Below, piece by piece: positions 16,435 through 27,045 of a stretch of 64,000 nucleotides of DNA. The position numbers and the translations under genes were made by a program. Origin of the DNA: an uncultured virus (IMG/VR IMGVR_UViG_3300030616_000820). Taxonomy: Duplodnaviria; Heunggongvirae; Uroviricota; Caudoviricetes. The stretch is from IMG/VR virus record IMGVR_UViG_3300030616_000820; one strand, given 5' to 3'. The notes below the pieces were generated by a model. The model was not told the origin of the DNA and searched no databases. It was given only the letters and a program-made list of their open reading frames with translations. Position 1 is the first letter of the stretch; each line of letters starts with the position of its first letter.

Positions 16435-19400
16435 TTGACTAGAAAAAGAATAAAAGATTCTTTAGATAAAAGTAAAAGGAAAGATAAGAAGGTTAGAAAA
16501 AAAGTAGATTTTGAAATTAAAAAGAATGCAACTTTAAACAACAAAATTATAATTATTGCATTAATTTCTTTTATCTGTTTAACTTTATATTTAAACACAT
16601 ACAATAATTATACATCTGGTGTTGGTATAAATGATAAAGGAGAAACATTGGGTGAGAAATATTATCTTGCAGGGCCAGACCCTTATTATCATGCAAGAAT
16701 AGCTGAAATTATTTATTATGAAGGTAGAGTTCCATTTATAGCAGAAGGAGAACCTGACCCAATGTTAAGTTATCCTTTACATTTACCAAATCCAAGGCCT
16801 CCTTTGTTTGATATTACTTTAGCAATGGGAGCACATGCTTTATCTCCATTTATGGAAGATATTGATGCTTTAGGTCATTCATTACAGTTTTTACCTGCAA
16901 TATATGGAGCACTTTTGGTAATACCTGTATATTTTATTGCTGCAACATTATTTAATAAAAAAATAGGATTACTTGCAGCATTATTTGTTCCGTTAATACC
17001 GATACATATTGGTTCTGGTCATGGTTCATCATATGCATTAGCTGACCATGATTCATTTATTTTATTGCTTTCTACTTGTGGAATATTTTTCTTTGTAAGA
17101 GCATTACAATTGTTAAATACGAAATATGAAGGATTAAAACAACTTATATTGTTAAACAAAAAGACAATAGTTTATGCAATGATTGCTGGGATATTTTATG
17201 GGATGATAGGATTAAGTTGGGAAGGATTTAGACTTTTTGTTGTTATCTTAGCATTTTATTGTATATTGCAATTTTTAATTAATTGTTATTTAAGAAGGGA
17301 TTTCTTAGGTTTGACTATGATTGGAGTTATATCTTTAAGTATGGTTGCTTTAATGATTTTACCTTATCATTTAATAAGAAACAATTTGAGAGATTTTATG
17401 CTTGTTTCTTCATTGGTTGCAATAGTTTTAATTGCAGGCATAGTGTTTCATTTGCTAAAAAAGCTACCTTCTGTAATAACAATACCTGCAATGTCAACTG
17501 TTGGTATTTGTTCTTTATTTTTAATAAATGCATATGAAATAGCACCAATGTATTCTTTTGTTGCGATGTTCTTTAGAGGTTCTATTTATACTGGCAAAGT
17601 ATCTTTAACCATTGCAGAAGCAGGAACTTTTCCATTAAGTCGTACTGTAATGTCTTTTGGTCCTATTTTATATTGGGTTGCTTGGTTTGGAATAGTTATT
17701 TTTATGGCTAGAACATTATTACATAAAAAAAATTTTATGTTATTTATTAGTGTGTATATAATGATAACATTTTATTTTACAATGACTGCTGGTCGTTTCC
17801 TAAACGATATTGTTCCTTTTGTTGCAATATTTGCAGGTTGGGGAGTATATTTTGTTTTAAAGAAAATAAATTATATTAAAATGTTTGAGAATATTAAGGC
17901 AATAGGTGGATTTCAAGGAATTAAAAAAGGAATAAAGGTTACTCATATTCTAGGTATTCTTTTTATAATTATGTTGGTGTTGCCAAATGCCATTATGTCT
18001 TTTGATGCATCTATACCTTATGAAAAAAAAGCAGAATATGGTAATGAAGATTTATTTGGAACTTTTGGTGTATCGTTTGGTAAAGAAACTTATTGGGTTG
18101 ATGCATTTAGTTGGTTAAATGAACAAGATACAGAATTAGCACCGGAAGATAGGCCTGCTTTTATTAGTTGGTGGGATTATGGTTTTTATTGTGTAATGAT
18201 TGGAGAACATCCTGCAGTTGCACATAACTTTCAAGGTGGCATACAGACAGCATCAAACTTTAAAACTGCTAAAAGTGAAAAGGAAGCAATAAGCGTTATA
18301 ATTTCTAGATTTTTATTTGCAGATTATCATCGCATAAATAATGGAAAAAAACTATCAGATGATGTTGTTTTAGTATTGGAAAAATATATAGGTGTTAATG
18401 AAACAAAGGATGTTAGTAAATGGCTAGCAGACCCAAAAACTTCTCCAGAATTTAATAAAGTTATATGTCCTGAATATGATTCTGCATTAGATAAAAAATA
18501 TAGGAAAGAAGAACCAGATGCATATGTTCATAGTTTTACAGCCATTACAGAAAATCTTACAGACGAAGAAGTTACAAATTTTTATTTAGAAATGCAAAAA
18601 GTTACTGGTTGGAATGTTAGATATTATGGTACAGAACAGTATGACACCCAAATTTTTACAGTTTTTACATTTCTTGCAGATAAAAGTTTGATACCATTGG
18701 GTGCTTTAGAAGATAAATATATGAAAGGATATTTAATTGCCACACATAAAGAAACAAAAGAAAAAACAATAATTTATGAAGATAAATATATAAATTTAAC
18801 AGATTATGATAGAGAGAATTATGCTTTTGCAGGTCCATATTATAATAGAAAATCTGCATATTATGAAACTTTATTTTATAGAGTTTATTATGGAACTCCT
18901 GTAGATGAAGGATTGCCATCTCAAAATGAAAGACTGCCTACATATGGATTAAAACATTTTGTTCCAAAGTATTTATCTCCTTATGTAGTAATAGCAAAAT
19001 ATTATGAGGGTGCAAAAATAAATGGAACAGTAACTTGTAATGGTGTTCCAATGAATGGCGTTTCAATTATTGTTTTTGATAGTATGGGAATACCACATGA
19101 TGTTGGAGTTTTATGGGATAATAAATATAATGTTATAGCTCCAGAAGGTAATTTATCTCTAAAGATTTTTATTCAAAATAAAGAAATAAATAAAAAAGAT
19201 ATTAAAATTACAGAATTAGAAGCAACAAGAAGAGCAGATAATTATAACAAAACAGTTAATTTTGAAGTAGAACCAATTACTATAAATGGCACTATAACAA
19301 AAAATCAAACAGTATTACCAAACATAAATGTTACTCTAGCAAGTCAACTTAGTGGAATGTTTACAAAAGTTTTAACAGATAAAAATGGTAGGTATGTTTT

Positions 19401-19515
19401 TAAAGATGTTCCCCCAAGTGTTTATAGTATAGAAGTAGAGCAAGACGGTAATGTTACATATGCAGAAACAGTAATAGTAACAGAAAATAAGTTATTAGAT
19501 ATAGAGGTTGATTAG
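16435..19515 (+). CDS. aglB: Oligosaccharyltransferase AglB/STT3
   Basis: DPYYH, ADHD, TIAE and WWDYG motifs; multi-TM N-terminal half; C-terminal beta-sandwich (carboxypeptidase-regulatory-like) domains. Confidence 0.95.
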   Translation: MTRKRIKDSLDKSKRKDKKVRKKVDFEIKKNATLNNKIIIIALISFICLTLYLNTYNNYTSGVGINDKGETLGEKYYLAGPDPYYHARIAEIIYYEGRVPFIAEGEPDPMLSYPLHLPNPRPPLFDITLAMGAHALSPFMEDIDALGHSLQFLPAIYGALLVIPVYFIAATLFNKKIGLLAALFVPLIPIHIGSGHGSSYALADHDSFILLLSTCGIFFFVRALQLLNTKYEGLKQLILLNKKTIVYAMIAGIFYGMIGLSWEGFRLFVVILAFYCILQFLINCYLRRDFLGLTMIGVISLSMVALMILPYHLIRNNLRDFMLVSSLVAIVLIAGIVFHLLKKLPSVITIPAMSTVGICSLFLINAYEIAPMYSFVAMFFRGSIYTGKVSLTIAEAGTFPLSRTVMSFGPILYWVAWFGIVIFMARTLLHKKNFMLFISVYIMITFYFTMTAGRFLNDIVPFVAIFAGWGVYFVLKKINYIKMFENIKAIGGFQGIKKGIKVTHILGILFIIMLVLPNAIMSFDASIPYEKKAEYGNEDLFGTFGVSFGKETYWVDAFSWLNEQDTELAPEDRPAFISWWDYGFYCVMIGEHPAVAHNFQGGIQTASNFKTAKSEKEAISVIISRFLFADYHRINNGKKLSDDVVLVLEKYIGVNETKDVSKWLADPKTSPEFNKVICPEYDSALDKKYRKEEPDAYVHSFTAITENLTDEEVTNFYLEMQKVTGWNVRYYGTEQYDTQIFTVFTFLADKSLIPLGALEDKYMKGYLIATHKETKEKTIIYEDKYINLTDYDRENYAFAGPYYNRKSAYYETLFYRVYYGTPVDEGLPSQNERLPTYGLKHFVPKYLSPYVVIAKYYEGAKINGTVTCNGVPMNGVSIIVFDSMGIPHDVGVLWDNKYNVIAPEGNLSLKIFIQNKEINKKDIKITELEATRRADNYNKTVNFEVEPITINGTITKNQTVLPNINVTLASQLSGMFTKVLTDKNGRYVFKDVPPSVYSIEVEQDGNVTYAETVIVTENKLLDIEVD

Positions 19516-19773
19516 ATGCATATTTGTTCTTCTTGTGGTGAAATGATTTTAGAAAATAAAAAGCATCTTGGAATATGCCCAAAATGTTCAAGAAATTCCT
19601 TAAAAGAAATTGTAGTGATTTGTCCAATATGTCATAGAAGATTGACCAATGGTTCGATAGTTGCTGTTGATACTGTTGGTTGGATTTGTAGTCACCCTAA
19701 ATTTGATGTTAAAATATATTTGGAGTTAAGAGATGAAAATATCAATAGTGACGACGACGAAGAGCAATATTAA
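19516..19773 (+). CDS. Double Zn-ribbon protein
   Basis: Three CxxC motifs plus CxH. Confidence 0.55.
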   Translation: MHICSSCGEMILENKKHLGICPKCSRNSLKEIVVICPICHRRLTNGSIVAVDTVGWICSHPKFDVKIYLELRDENINSDDDEEQY

Positions 19774-20482
19774 AAATGTATTAAGGCTCTGTAAAAGTCT
19801 TTATCCAAACTATAAAAATATTCATGAGTTTATATTAGTTGATGCTGGCACTCCAAATTTAGACGATAGTTCAAGTTACTTATTAGAATTTCCAAAAATA
19901 ATAGATGGGAAAGGAACAACTAGAGGAGAAGGAAAAAACATTGGAATTAAAAATGCAACAGGCAATGTAATTGTATTTTTGGATGATGATATAAAAGTTG
20001 ATTTATTTTGGTTAGTAGAACTTAAAAAGTCATTGAAACATTCAGATATTGTTGCAGGTTATTCTCCAAATCCATTGGGCAAAGACCTTGCAAGAGTTCC
20101 AATATATATAAAAGGGCAAGACGTTACTTACCCAACTTGTAATATCGCATATAAAAAAGAAGTTTTTAATAAAATAGGATTTTTTGATAAAAAGTTAGTT
20201 ACTGCAGAAGATGTAGATTTTAATTGTAGGTGTGTTAAAAAAGGATATACAATAAGTTATAATCCAAAGATGGTTGCATTTCATTATCATAGAATATCTT
20301 TTAGAGGATTTGCTAAACAAGCATTTTGGAATGGATATGGCAGAAAACAATTCAATAGATTACATCCAGAATTAAAAAAAGAACATCAACATGGATTTAA
20401 AACAAAAAATATTTTGAGACTTGGGTTTGGATTTTTAGGATATACTTTAGGTGATTTATTTAATGGAAATAGGGATACTTGA
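19733..20482 (+). CDS. Glycosyltransferase family 2
   Basis: VFLDDD, CNIAY, FDKKL-x-AEDVDF, QAFWNG. Confidence 0.9.
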   Translation: MKISIVTTTKSNIKNVLRLCKSLYPNYKNIHEFILVDAGTPNLDDSSSYLLEFPKIIDGKGTTRGEGKNIGIKNATGNVIVFLDDDIKVDLFWLVELKKSLKHSDIVAGYSPNPLGKDLARVPIYIKGQDVTYPTCNIAYKKEVFNKIGFFDKKLVTAEDVDFNCRCVKKGYTISYNPKMVAFHYHRISFRGFAKQAFWNGYGRKQFNRLHPELKKEHQHGFKTKNILRLGFGFLGYTLGDLFNGNRDT

Positions 20483-21311
20483 ATATCATTATCATTGGGA
20501 GTTTGTAGAAACTCTAAAAAAGATTTGTTCTAATCATAATGTAATAGTTTTTAAAGACCCAAAAACTGCAAAGATGAACACAGAACAATTAGATTTACTT
20601 TTTGTTAATACCATAAAGCCTTTGCCTTGGGACATGTGTAGGTGGTTTAATTTTAAGCCTAAATGCAAAACAATATTAACAATACATGAAGCAAATACAG
20701 ATTTTAAAACAATGAAATCTATTTTTAAGAAGTTTGATGCAATTAATATTCCTTATTTACCAATGAAGGATTATGTTTTAAAAGATAAAAACTACAAAGG
20801 GAAACTATTTACTTTACCATATGCAGTTCATGAAAAGAAATATCCAAACAAAAATGATATGTATGTTATACCAGGTAAAATAGAGAAATTTAGAAGAGAC
20901 TATGATTTTGTTTTTAATATGATTGATAATCATCCAAGAGAACAGAAATGGTGTTTTTTAGGAAATCCAATGGGAACATATGGTCATCAAGTAATGCTGA
21001 AATGCATTGATTATTTAGATAGAAAATATAAAATAGAATTTTATCCAGGATATGTTCCACAGAAAGAATATAATAAAATTTTAAAAGATTGTAAAGCAAT
21101 AATATCACCAATTAAAAATCCAACAGTTGGGACAAGTAGACTTTTTAAAGAAATTTATGGCAAAACAAAAGCATGTGGTGCTATTTTTGAATCAATTAAA
21201 TATGGTAAAGAATTAATTTGCACAGAAAAAATTGAACATAATTATAAAGATTATTTATTAAAAGATTGGAAAAAATATTTTAAAGAAGTAGTTTTGGAGG
21301 AGTTAAATTGA
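20451..21311 (+). CDS. Putative GT-B glycosyltransferase
   Basis: IPG...RRDY, E-x-YG-x-TK and C-terminal AIFESIKYG patterns; glycan-cluster context. Confidence 0.55.
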   Translation: MIYLMEIGILEYHYHWEFVETLKKICSNHNVIVFKDPKTAKMNTEQLDLLFVNTIKPLPWDMCRWFNFKPKCKTILTIHEANTDFKTMKSIFKKFDAINIPYLPMKDYVLKDKNYKGKLFTLPYAVHEKKYPNKNDMYVIPGKIEKFRRDYDFVFNMIDNHPREQKWCFLGNPMGTYGHQVMLKCIDYLDRKYKIEFYPGYVPQKEYNKILKDCKAIISPIKNPTVGTSRLFKEIYGKTKACGAIFESIKYGKELICTEKIEHNYKDYLLKDWKKYFKEVVLEELN

Positions 21312-22291
21312 CAAAAGAAAGAATTTTAATAACAGGAATTAGTGGGTTTATTGGAAATGAACTTGCTGAGAAAGCAGAAAAAGAAGGATATGAAGTTGCA
21401 GGAATAATAAGACAATCGTATAGATATAATGATGCAATAAATAGAATGAAAGGAAAAATAAAACTTTATGAGGGGTCATTAACAGACCCAGCAAAAATGG
21501 TTAATATAGTTACAGACTTTATGCCAGATTATGTTGCACATTTGGGTGCAATAACACCAGTAAGCTATTCTTTTGAACATCCTTGGGAAGTAATAAATAT
21601 AAATTTACTTGGGACAGTTAATTTAACAGAAGCATTAAAGAGGTTTTGTCCAAATTTAAAAAGATTTGTTTTTGCTTCATCTATGGAGACATATGGACAT
21701 CAACCAGAATATCATAAAAAGTTTAAACCATTTGATGAAGAAACTCCACAAATGGCAGCTTGTCCTTATGCTGTTGCAAAAATAGGTGCAGAAAAATATG
21801 TTAAATATCTTTATTATGCTTATAAGTTTCCAGGAGTTTCATTAAGACAGACAAATACATATGGACGAAGAGATAATGATTATTTTGTAGCAGAAGCATT
21901 TATAACACAAATGTTAAAAAACCCAGATGAAGTTAATTTTGGAAACCCTGAACCAGTACGAAACTTTTTGTACATTGATGACTTGGTTGACCTTTATTTA
22001 ACATTATTTAAATCCAAAAATAAGAAGATACTTGGAGAATCTTTTACAATTGGACCACCAAATGGAATTACTATTGGTCAACTTGCAGATTCAATTAAGT
22101 CAAAATTAAATTGGAAAGGCAAAATAAATTGGTATACAAGAGAAATTAGAGATGGAGAAATTTATTATTTAAATTCCAATAATAAAAAAATTACAGAAAT
22201 GACAGGATGGGAACCTAAAGTTGGTTTATCCGAAGGTTTAGATAAAACAATAGATTATTGGAGGAACAAACTGAATGTTAAAAACCGATAA
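21308..22291 (+). CDS. NDP-sugar 4,6-dehydratase/epimerase (extended SDR)
   Basis: TGISGFIG, SSMETYG and YAVAK (YxxxK). Confidence 0.92.
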   Translation: MTKERILITGISGFIGNELAEKAEKEGYEVAGIIRQSYRYNDAINRMKGKIKLYEGSLTDPAKMVNIVTDFMPDYVAHLGAITPVSYSFEHPWEVININLLGTVNLTEALKRFCPNLKRFVFASSMETYGHQPEYHKKFKPFDEETPQMAACPYAVAKIGAEKYVKYLYYAYKFPGVSLRQTNTYGRRDNDYFVAEAFITQMLKNPDEVNFGNPEPVRNFLYIDDLVDLYLTLFKSKNKKILGESFTIGPPNGITIGQLADSIKSKLNWKGKINWYTREIRDGEIYYLNSNNKKITEMTGWEPKVGLSEGLDKTIDYWRNKLNVKNR

Positions 22292-22616
22292 AACAATATT
22301 AAAATCAATTAAAAACCCATATGCAAGAAATTATACAATAAAGCATTATGTCCCAGAAATAACTTTTGAAGGCTCTGATAAAAAGCCAGACTTTGGAGAA
22401 CTAAGAATAGAGTTTGTTCCAAATGAATATTTAATAGAATTAAAATCTCTAAAGTATTATTTCTATCAGTTTAGAGGAAAGAGATGTTCCTATGAACGAT
22501 TTATAAATGTTGTTTTTGATGATATAGATGAAATTTATGACCCCATAGAATTAAAAATAACATTTAAGACTAGACCAAGAGGAGGAATTTCTAGTTATTT
22601 GGAAATTGAAAAATGA
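22275..22616 (+). CDS. QueF-like T-fold protein lacking the catalytic Cys
   Basis: PE-x-T...PDFG, ELKSLKYY, YE and PRGGI motifs align to QueF, but the C-P segment is replaced by EGSDKK. Confidence 0.8.
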   Translation: MLKTDKTILKSIKNPYARNYTIKHYVPEITFEGSDKKPDFGELRIEFVPNEYLIELKSLKYYFYQFRGKRCSYERFINVVFDDIDEIYDPIELKITFKTRPRGGISSYLEIEK

Positions 22617-23490
22617 GGTAATAAAAATGAAAATAAAAATTGGAAATAAATATGTTGGTAATAATGAATCTATTTTTATAACTGCAGAAGCAGGCATCAA
22701 TCATAATGGAGATATAGATATTGCAAGAGGATTAATTGATATTGCTTCAAGTTCTGGTTGTGATGCAATTAAGTTTCAAAAAAGAACAGTTGATATTGTT
22801 TATACGAAGGAAGAGTTAAACAAACCAAGAGATTCTCCTTGGGGAACTACACAAAGAGAACAGAAAGAAGGAATTGAGTTTGGAAAGAAAGAATATGATG
22901 AAATTAATAGGTATTGCAAAGAAAAACAAATAATGTGGTATGCTTCTTGTTGGGATGAAAAAAGTGTTGACTTTATAGATAAATATAACCCACCTTGTTA
23001 TAAAATAGCATCGGCATCATTAACAGATGATGCATTACTTAGATATACAAAATCAAAAGGCAAACCATTGATACTTTCAACAGGTATGTCAACAATGGAC
23101 CAAATTAAACATGCAATTGATATTTTAGGAGAAGAAAATATAATAATTTTACATTGTACATCTACATATCCATCAAAACCAGAAGAACTTAATTTAAAAG
23201 TAATACAACAGTTTAAAAAACAATTTAGTTGTCCAATAGGATATAGTGGTCATGAAGTAGGTTTATCTGAATCAATTGTTGCAGCATCTCTTGGTGCTTG
23301 TATGATTGAAAGACATATTACTCTTGATAGAGCAATGTATGGTTCAGACCAATCAGCAAGCATAGAGCCACAAGGTATCAGAAAATTGGTAAAGGACCTA
23401 AGAGAGATAGAAATTATATTAGGAGATGGAAATAAAAAGGTATACAAAAGTGAAATTCCAATAATTAAAAAGTTGAGAAGAAATGAATAA
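22606..23490 (+). CDS. neuB: Nonulosonate synthase (NeuB family) 1
   Basis: AEAGINHNGD, KFQKR, STGM, HCTSTYP, GYSGHE, IERHITLDR. Confidence 0.93.
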   Translation: MKNEVIKMKIKIGNKYVGNNESIFITAEAGINHNGDIDIARGLIDIASSSGCDAIKFQKRTVDIVYTKEELNKPRDSPWGTTQREQKEGIEFGKKEYDEINRYCKEKQIMWYASCWDEKSVDFIDKYNPPCYKIASASLTDDALLRYTKSKGKPLILSTGMSTMDQIKHAIDILGEENIIILHCTSTYPSKPEELNLKVIQQFKKQFSCPIGYSGHEVGLSESIVAASLGACMIERHITLDRAMYGSDQSASIEPQGIRKLVKDLREIEIILGDGNKKVYKSEIPIIKKLRRNE

Positions 23491-24121
23491 AATAAAATAT
23501 CTGGGTTTAATTCCTGCTAGAGGTGGAAGCAAAAGAGTTCGAAGAAAGAACATTAGAATGATTAATGGCAAACCATTAATTTATTGGAGTATTAAATATG
23601 CAAAGGAATCAAAAAAATTAGATAAGGTTGTTGTTTCTACAGAAGATAATGAAATTAAAAAAGTTGCATTAGAATATGATGCAGAAGTTTTAGATAGACC
23701 AAATGAACTCGCAAAAGATAATGTTCCAGACCAACCAGTTTTAAAACATGCATTAGAAAATATTCCAGCAGAAAATATTGTTCTTTTAAGACCAACTTCT
23801 CCAATAAGAATATATGGAATTATAGATGCTTGTATTAAAATATATGAAAGAAAAAAACCAGATTCTTTTGTTGCGGGATTTATAAATAAAGAATATGAAG
23901 CATTTTCAAAACCATTTACTTATTCTCAAAAAGAAAAAGGTTGGTTTCAAAATAGTGGATGTTGTGAAATTCATAAAGCCGATGTAATTTTATCAGGCAA
24001 ACCATATGGAAAAAAACAATATAAATTTCTAGTTCCAGACTTTTATAATTATGAAATAGATAATGAAATAGAGTTAATAATGGTAGATTGTTTGATGAGA
24101 AGGTTGGTAGATTCAGAATGA
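23483..24121 (+). CDS. neuA: CMP-nonulosonate synthetase (NeuA family) 1
   Basis: IPARGGSKR-x-RKN, VSTED, PTSPIR, EID. Confidence 0.92.
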   Translation: MNKIKYLGLIPARGGSKRVRRKNIRMINGKPLIYWSIKYAKESKKLDKVVVSTEDNEIKKVALEYDAEVLDRPNELAKDNVPDQPVLKHALENIPAENIVLLRPTSPIRIYGIIDACIKIYERKKPDSFVAGFINKEYEAFSKPFTYSQKEKGWFQNSGCCEIHKADVILSGKPYGKKQYKFLVPDFYNYEIDNEIELIMVDCLMRRLVDSE

Positions 24122-24681
24122 TAGGTGAAATTAGACATATAGCTGTAAAGATTGCAGAAGAATTGTTTCCATTACAAATAGCAAGAGAAATGACATTGTT
24201 TATAAAAGATAATTATAAAGAGTCACTTGTAGGTATGGAAATAGGAACTCAACATGCAACAAATGCTTATAATATTTTAAGATTACTTCCAATTAAAAAA
24301 CTTTATCTTATTGACCCATATGAAAACTATGATGAAAATACAGAAGACCCAAATTTAGATGTAGAAAATATTCGTAAAATAGCAAACAAAAAAATGGCAC
24401 CTTTTTCTAATGTTGAATTTATATATAAATATTCAGAAAACGCATCTGATATGTTTAAAGATGAAGAAATTGATTTTTTGTACATTGATGGAAATCATAA
24501 TTATAAATATGTTAAAAGTGATATTGAACTTTATTATCCAAAGATTAAGAAAGGTGGAGTTTTAGGAGGACATGATTATAATCCTGTGTTTCCAGGTGTA
24601 TCAAAAGCAGTAAATGAATTTGTTAAAAAACATAATTTAAAACTTTATGGTTCGAATATAGATTGGTGGGTGGTAAAATAG
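24088..24681 (+). CDS. Class I SAM methyltransferase (Methyltransf_24-like)
   Basis: EIG, IDP, YIDGNH, GHDY; likely start at ATG 24118. Confidence 0.85.
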   Translation: MFDEKVGRFRMIGEIRHIAVKIAEELFPLQIAREMTLFIKDNYKESLVGMEIGTQHATNAYNILRLLPIKKLYLIDPYENYDENTEDPNLDVENIRKIANKKMAPFSNVEFIYKYSENASDMFKDEEIDFLYIDGNHNYKYVKSDIELYYPKIKKGGVLGGHDYNPVFPGVSKAVNEFVKKHNLKLYGSNIDWWVVK

Positions 24682-25829
24682 AATACTCAAGACATGAAGC
24701 AGAATTTATGAAATGTGCAGCATCTTTTCCTATAGTATGGAAAAAAGCAGTTGATTATTATATATGGGATGAAAACAATAAAAAATATTTGGATTTTACA
24801 TCTGGTATATTTGCAATTAATATCGGGCATTCAAATCCCGAAGTTATAGATGCAATAAAAAAGCAATTAGATAAAAAATTACTTTTTACGTTCTCATATC
24901 CAACTGAAATTAGAAAAAAGTTTGTTGATAAATTAATGTCTATGGTTCAACCACATTTAGACAAAGTAGCATTATATTGTACAGGCTCAGAAACCACAGA
25001 TAGAGCAATCCAAATAGCAAGAAAGCATACAGGTAAAAAAGAAGTTATGACAATAGAAAAATGCTTTCATGGAAATACTTGTTTATGGGAAGATATATAT
25101 AAATCAAGCAAAAATAAAATAGATTTTCCATTAACAAATGATAGAGATTTTGATAAAGATATAAGTTATTTTGAACCAGAAAGCATATGTGCATTTATAT
25201 TAGAAGGATATCAAGGTTGGAGTGCATATGTTTATCCAAAAGAATATGTTTTAAAAATAGAAGAATGGTGTAGAAAAAATAATATTTTATTAATTTTTGA
25301 TGAAGTTCAATCTGGTATGAAAAGAACAGGCCCATTGTTTTGTTATGAAAATTATGGTGTAAAACCAGATTTGGTTATATTTGGTAAAGGTGCTGCAGGT
25401 GGTTTACCTTTATCTGGTATTTTAGGTAGAGAAAAAATAATGGATTGTATGAATGAAGAAAAGTTTGCAAGTACACATTCTGGTAATACATTAGTTATGG
25501 CTACAGCACTTGCAAATTTAAATGAAATAGAAAAAATAGATTCAGAAGAAATTAAAGATAAAGGAGAATATTTTTTTAAATTACTTAAAAATATGAAACA
25601 TAAAATCATAAAATCAATAGTTGGTAAAGGTTTGATAGCTGCAGTTCATTTTGAAAATAAAGAAATTTCTGAAAGGGTTGCATTAAAATGTTTAGATAAT
25701 GGATTAATGGTTGTTAATACAGGATTAACTACATTAAAAATAGGTCCGCCATTAACTATTGATAAAAAATCCATTAAAAAAGGAGTAGATATTATTGATA
25801 AAGCAATTGGAGAGGTAGAAAATGATTAG
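24663..25829 (+). CDS. Class III PLP aminotransferase
   Basis: YLDFTSG, GH, FHG, DEVQSG, GKGAAGGLP, STHSGN. Confidence 0.92.
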   Translation: MVGGKIEYSRHEAEFMKCAASFPIVWKKAVDYYIWDENNKKYLDFTSGIFAINIGHSNPEVIDAIKKQLDKKLLFTFSYPTEIRKKFVDKLMSMVQPHLDKVALYCTGSETTDRAIQIARKHTGKKEVMTIEKCFHGNTCLWEDIYKSSKNKIDFPLTNDRDFDKDISYFEPESICAFILEGYQGWSAYVYPKEYVLKIEEWCRKNNILLIFDEVQSGMKRTGPLFCYENYGVKPDLVIFGKGAAGGLPLSGILGREKIMDCMNEEKFASTHSGNTLVMATALANLNEIEKIDSEEIKDKGEYFFKLLKNMKHKIIKSIVGKGLIAAVHFENKEISERVALKCLDNGLMVVNTGLTTLKIGPPLTIDKKSIKKGVDIIDKAIGEVEND

Positions 25830-26133
25830 AGTTATAGGAATTAGACACATAGGTATTGAAACAGATAATATGGAAGAAATGATTAAATTTTATGAAAAAC
25901 TAGGTTTGCAAGTATATTGGGATGAAATAGAACAACCAGACCATACTGGATTTGACGAACCAGTAAGAACTGTTAAAATGTTTTGTAAAGATAATAGCAC
26001 AATAGAGCTTACTACTAATCATAAGTATAAAAATCATTTTGCATTGGATGTTAAAGGTACAGAAACCAAAACCGAATGGATAGAAGACCCAGATGGAAAT
26101 ATGATAGAGGTTGTAAATAATGACAAAAACTAG
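25822..26133 (+). CDS. VOC/glyoxalase family protein
   Basis: RHIGI, IEL, HFAL, DPDGNMIE. Confidence 0.85.
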   Translation: MIRVIGIRHIGIETDNMEEMIKFYEKLGLQVYWDEIEQPDHTGFDEPVRTVKMFCKDNSTIELTTNHKYKNHFALDVKGTETKTEWIEDPDGNMIEVVNNDKN

Positions 26134-26719
26134 AATAAATCCATTACAATCATTTTCAAATAGACTATATACTTTTACTCTTAACTTAGCACATAGAATG
26201 AATTTTCATTCATTAAGATATTCAATTAAATACATAAGAGATAATTATGATGGAAAAGATTTGATAGGTGCAGAAATAGGAATAAGATATGGCGGTCATT
26301 CATTAACTATTTTAAAACATCTACCAATGAAAAGGCTTTATTTAATAGACCCACAGCAAGGCTATGATGGGATAGATGGATACCATAGGAGAGGCTTTAA
26401 AGAGATAAGAAAGGGTTTAAAAAGGAATTTAAACGCATATTCTGACAAACTTGTGTTTATTAGAAAAATGTCAGAAAATGCAGTAGATGATATTCCAGAT
26501 AATATGGATTTTATTTATATTGATGGAAATCATGATTATGAATATGTAAAGAAAGATGTAGATATGTACTATCCTAAGATAAAAAAAGGAGGAGTATTGT
26601 GTGGTCATGATTTTCAATTACCTGATGTAGCAAGAGCAGTAAGTGAACTTGCAACAAAGCATGACCTAAAAGTATATGCAGATGGTTATTTGGTAGACTG
26701 GTGGGTAGTTAAAAAATAA
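26120..26719 (+). CDS. Class I SAM methyltransferase (Methyltransf_24-like), paralog of 24088
   Basis: AEIG, YIDGNHDY, YYPKIKKGGVLCGHD, DWWVVK. Confidence 0.85.
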   Translation: MTKTRINPLQSFSNRLYTFTLNLAHRMNFHSLRYSIKYIRDNYDGKDLIGAEIGIRYGGHSLTILKHLPMKRLYLIDPQQGYDGIDGYHRRGFKEIRKGLKRNLNAYSDKLVFIRKMSENAVDDIPDNMDFIYIDGNHDYEYVKKDVDMYYPKIKKGGVLCGHDFQLPDVARAVSELATKHDLKVYADGYLVDWWVVKK

Positions 26720-26727
26720 ATTAAAAG

Positions 26728-27045
26728 ATGATAAAAATGAAAACATATATATTTGATATAGATGGAACAATAATGGAACAAAAGACAGAAACAACATATC
26801 ATTTGGCAAAGCCCTTTAAACAAATGATAAAAAAAATTAACAAACTTTATGATGATGGAAATAAAATTTATTTTTATACTGCAAGACCTATGGAAGATGC
26901 AGTTTTTACAAATGTTCAACTTACAAAGTTAGGTTTAAAATTTCATCATATCTTTTTTGGAAAGCCAGTAGGGGAATCTCCAGAAACTACTTTTTATATT
27001 GATGATAGAAGTATGACACCAGATAAATTTATGGAGGAATATTAA
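26728..27045 (+). CDS. Minimal HAD-family phosphatase (capsule biosynthesis type)
   Basis: DIDGT, TAR, GKP, IDD. Confidence 0.85.
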   Translation: MIKMKTYIFDIDGTIMEQKTETTYHLAKPFKQMIKKINKLYDDGNKIYFYTARPMEDAVFTNVQLTKLGLKFHHIFFGKPVGESPETTFYIDDRSMTPDKFMEEY

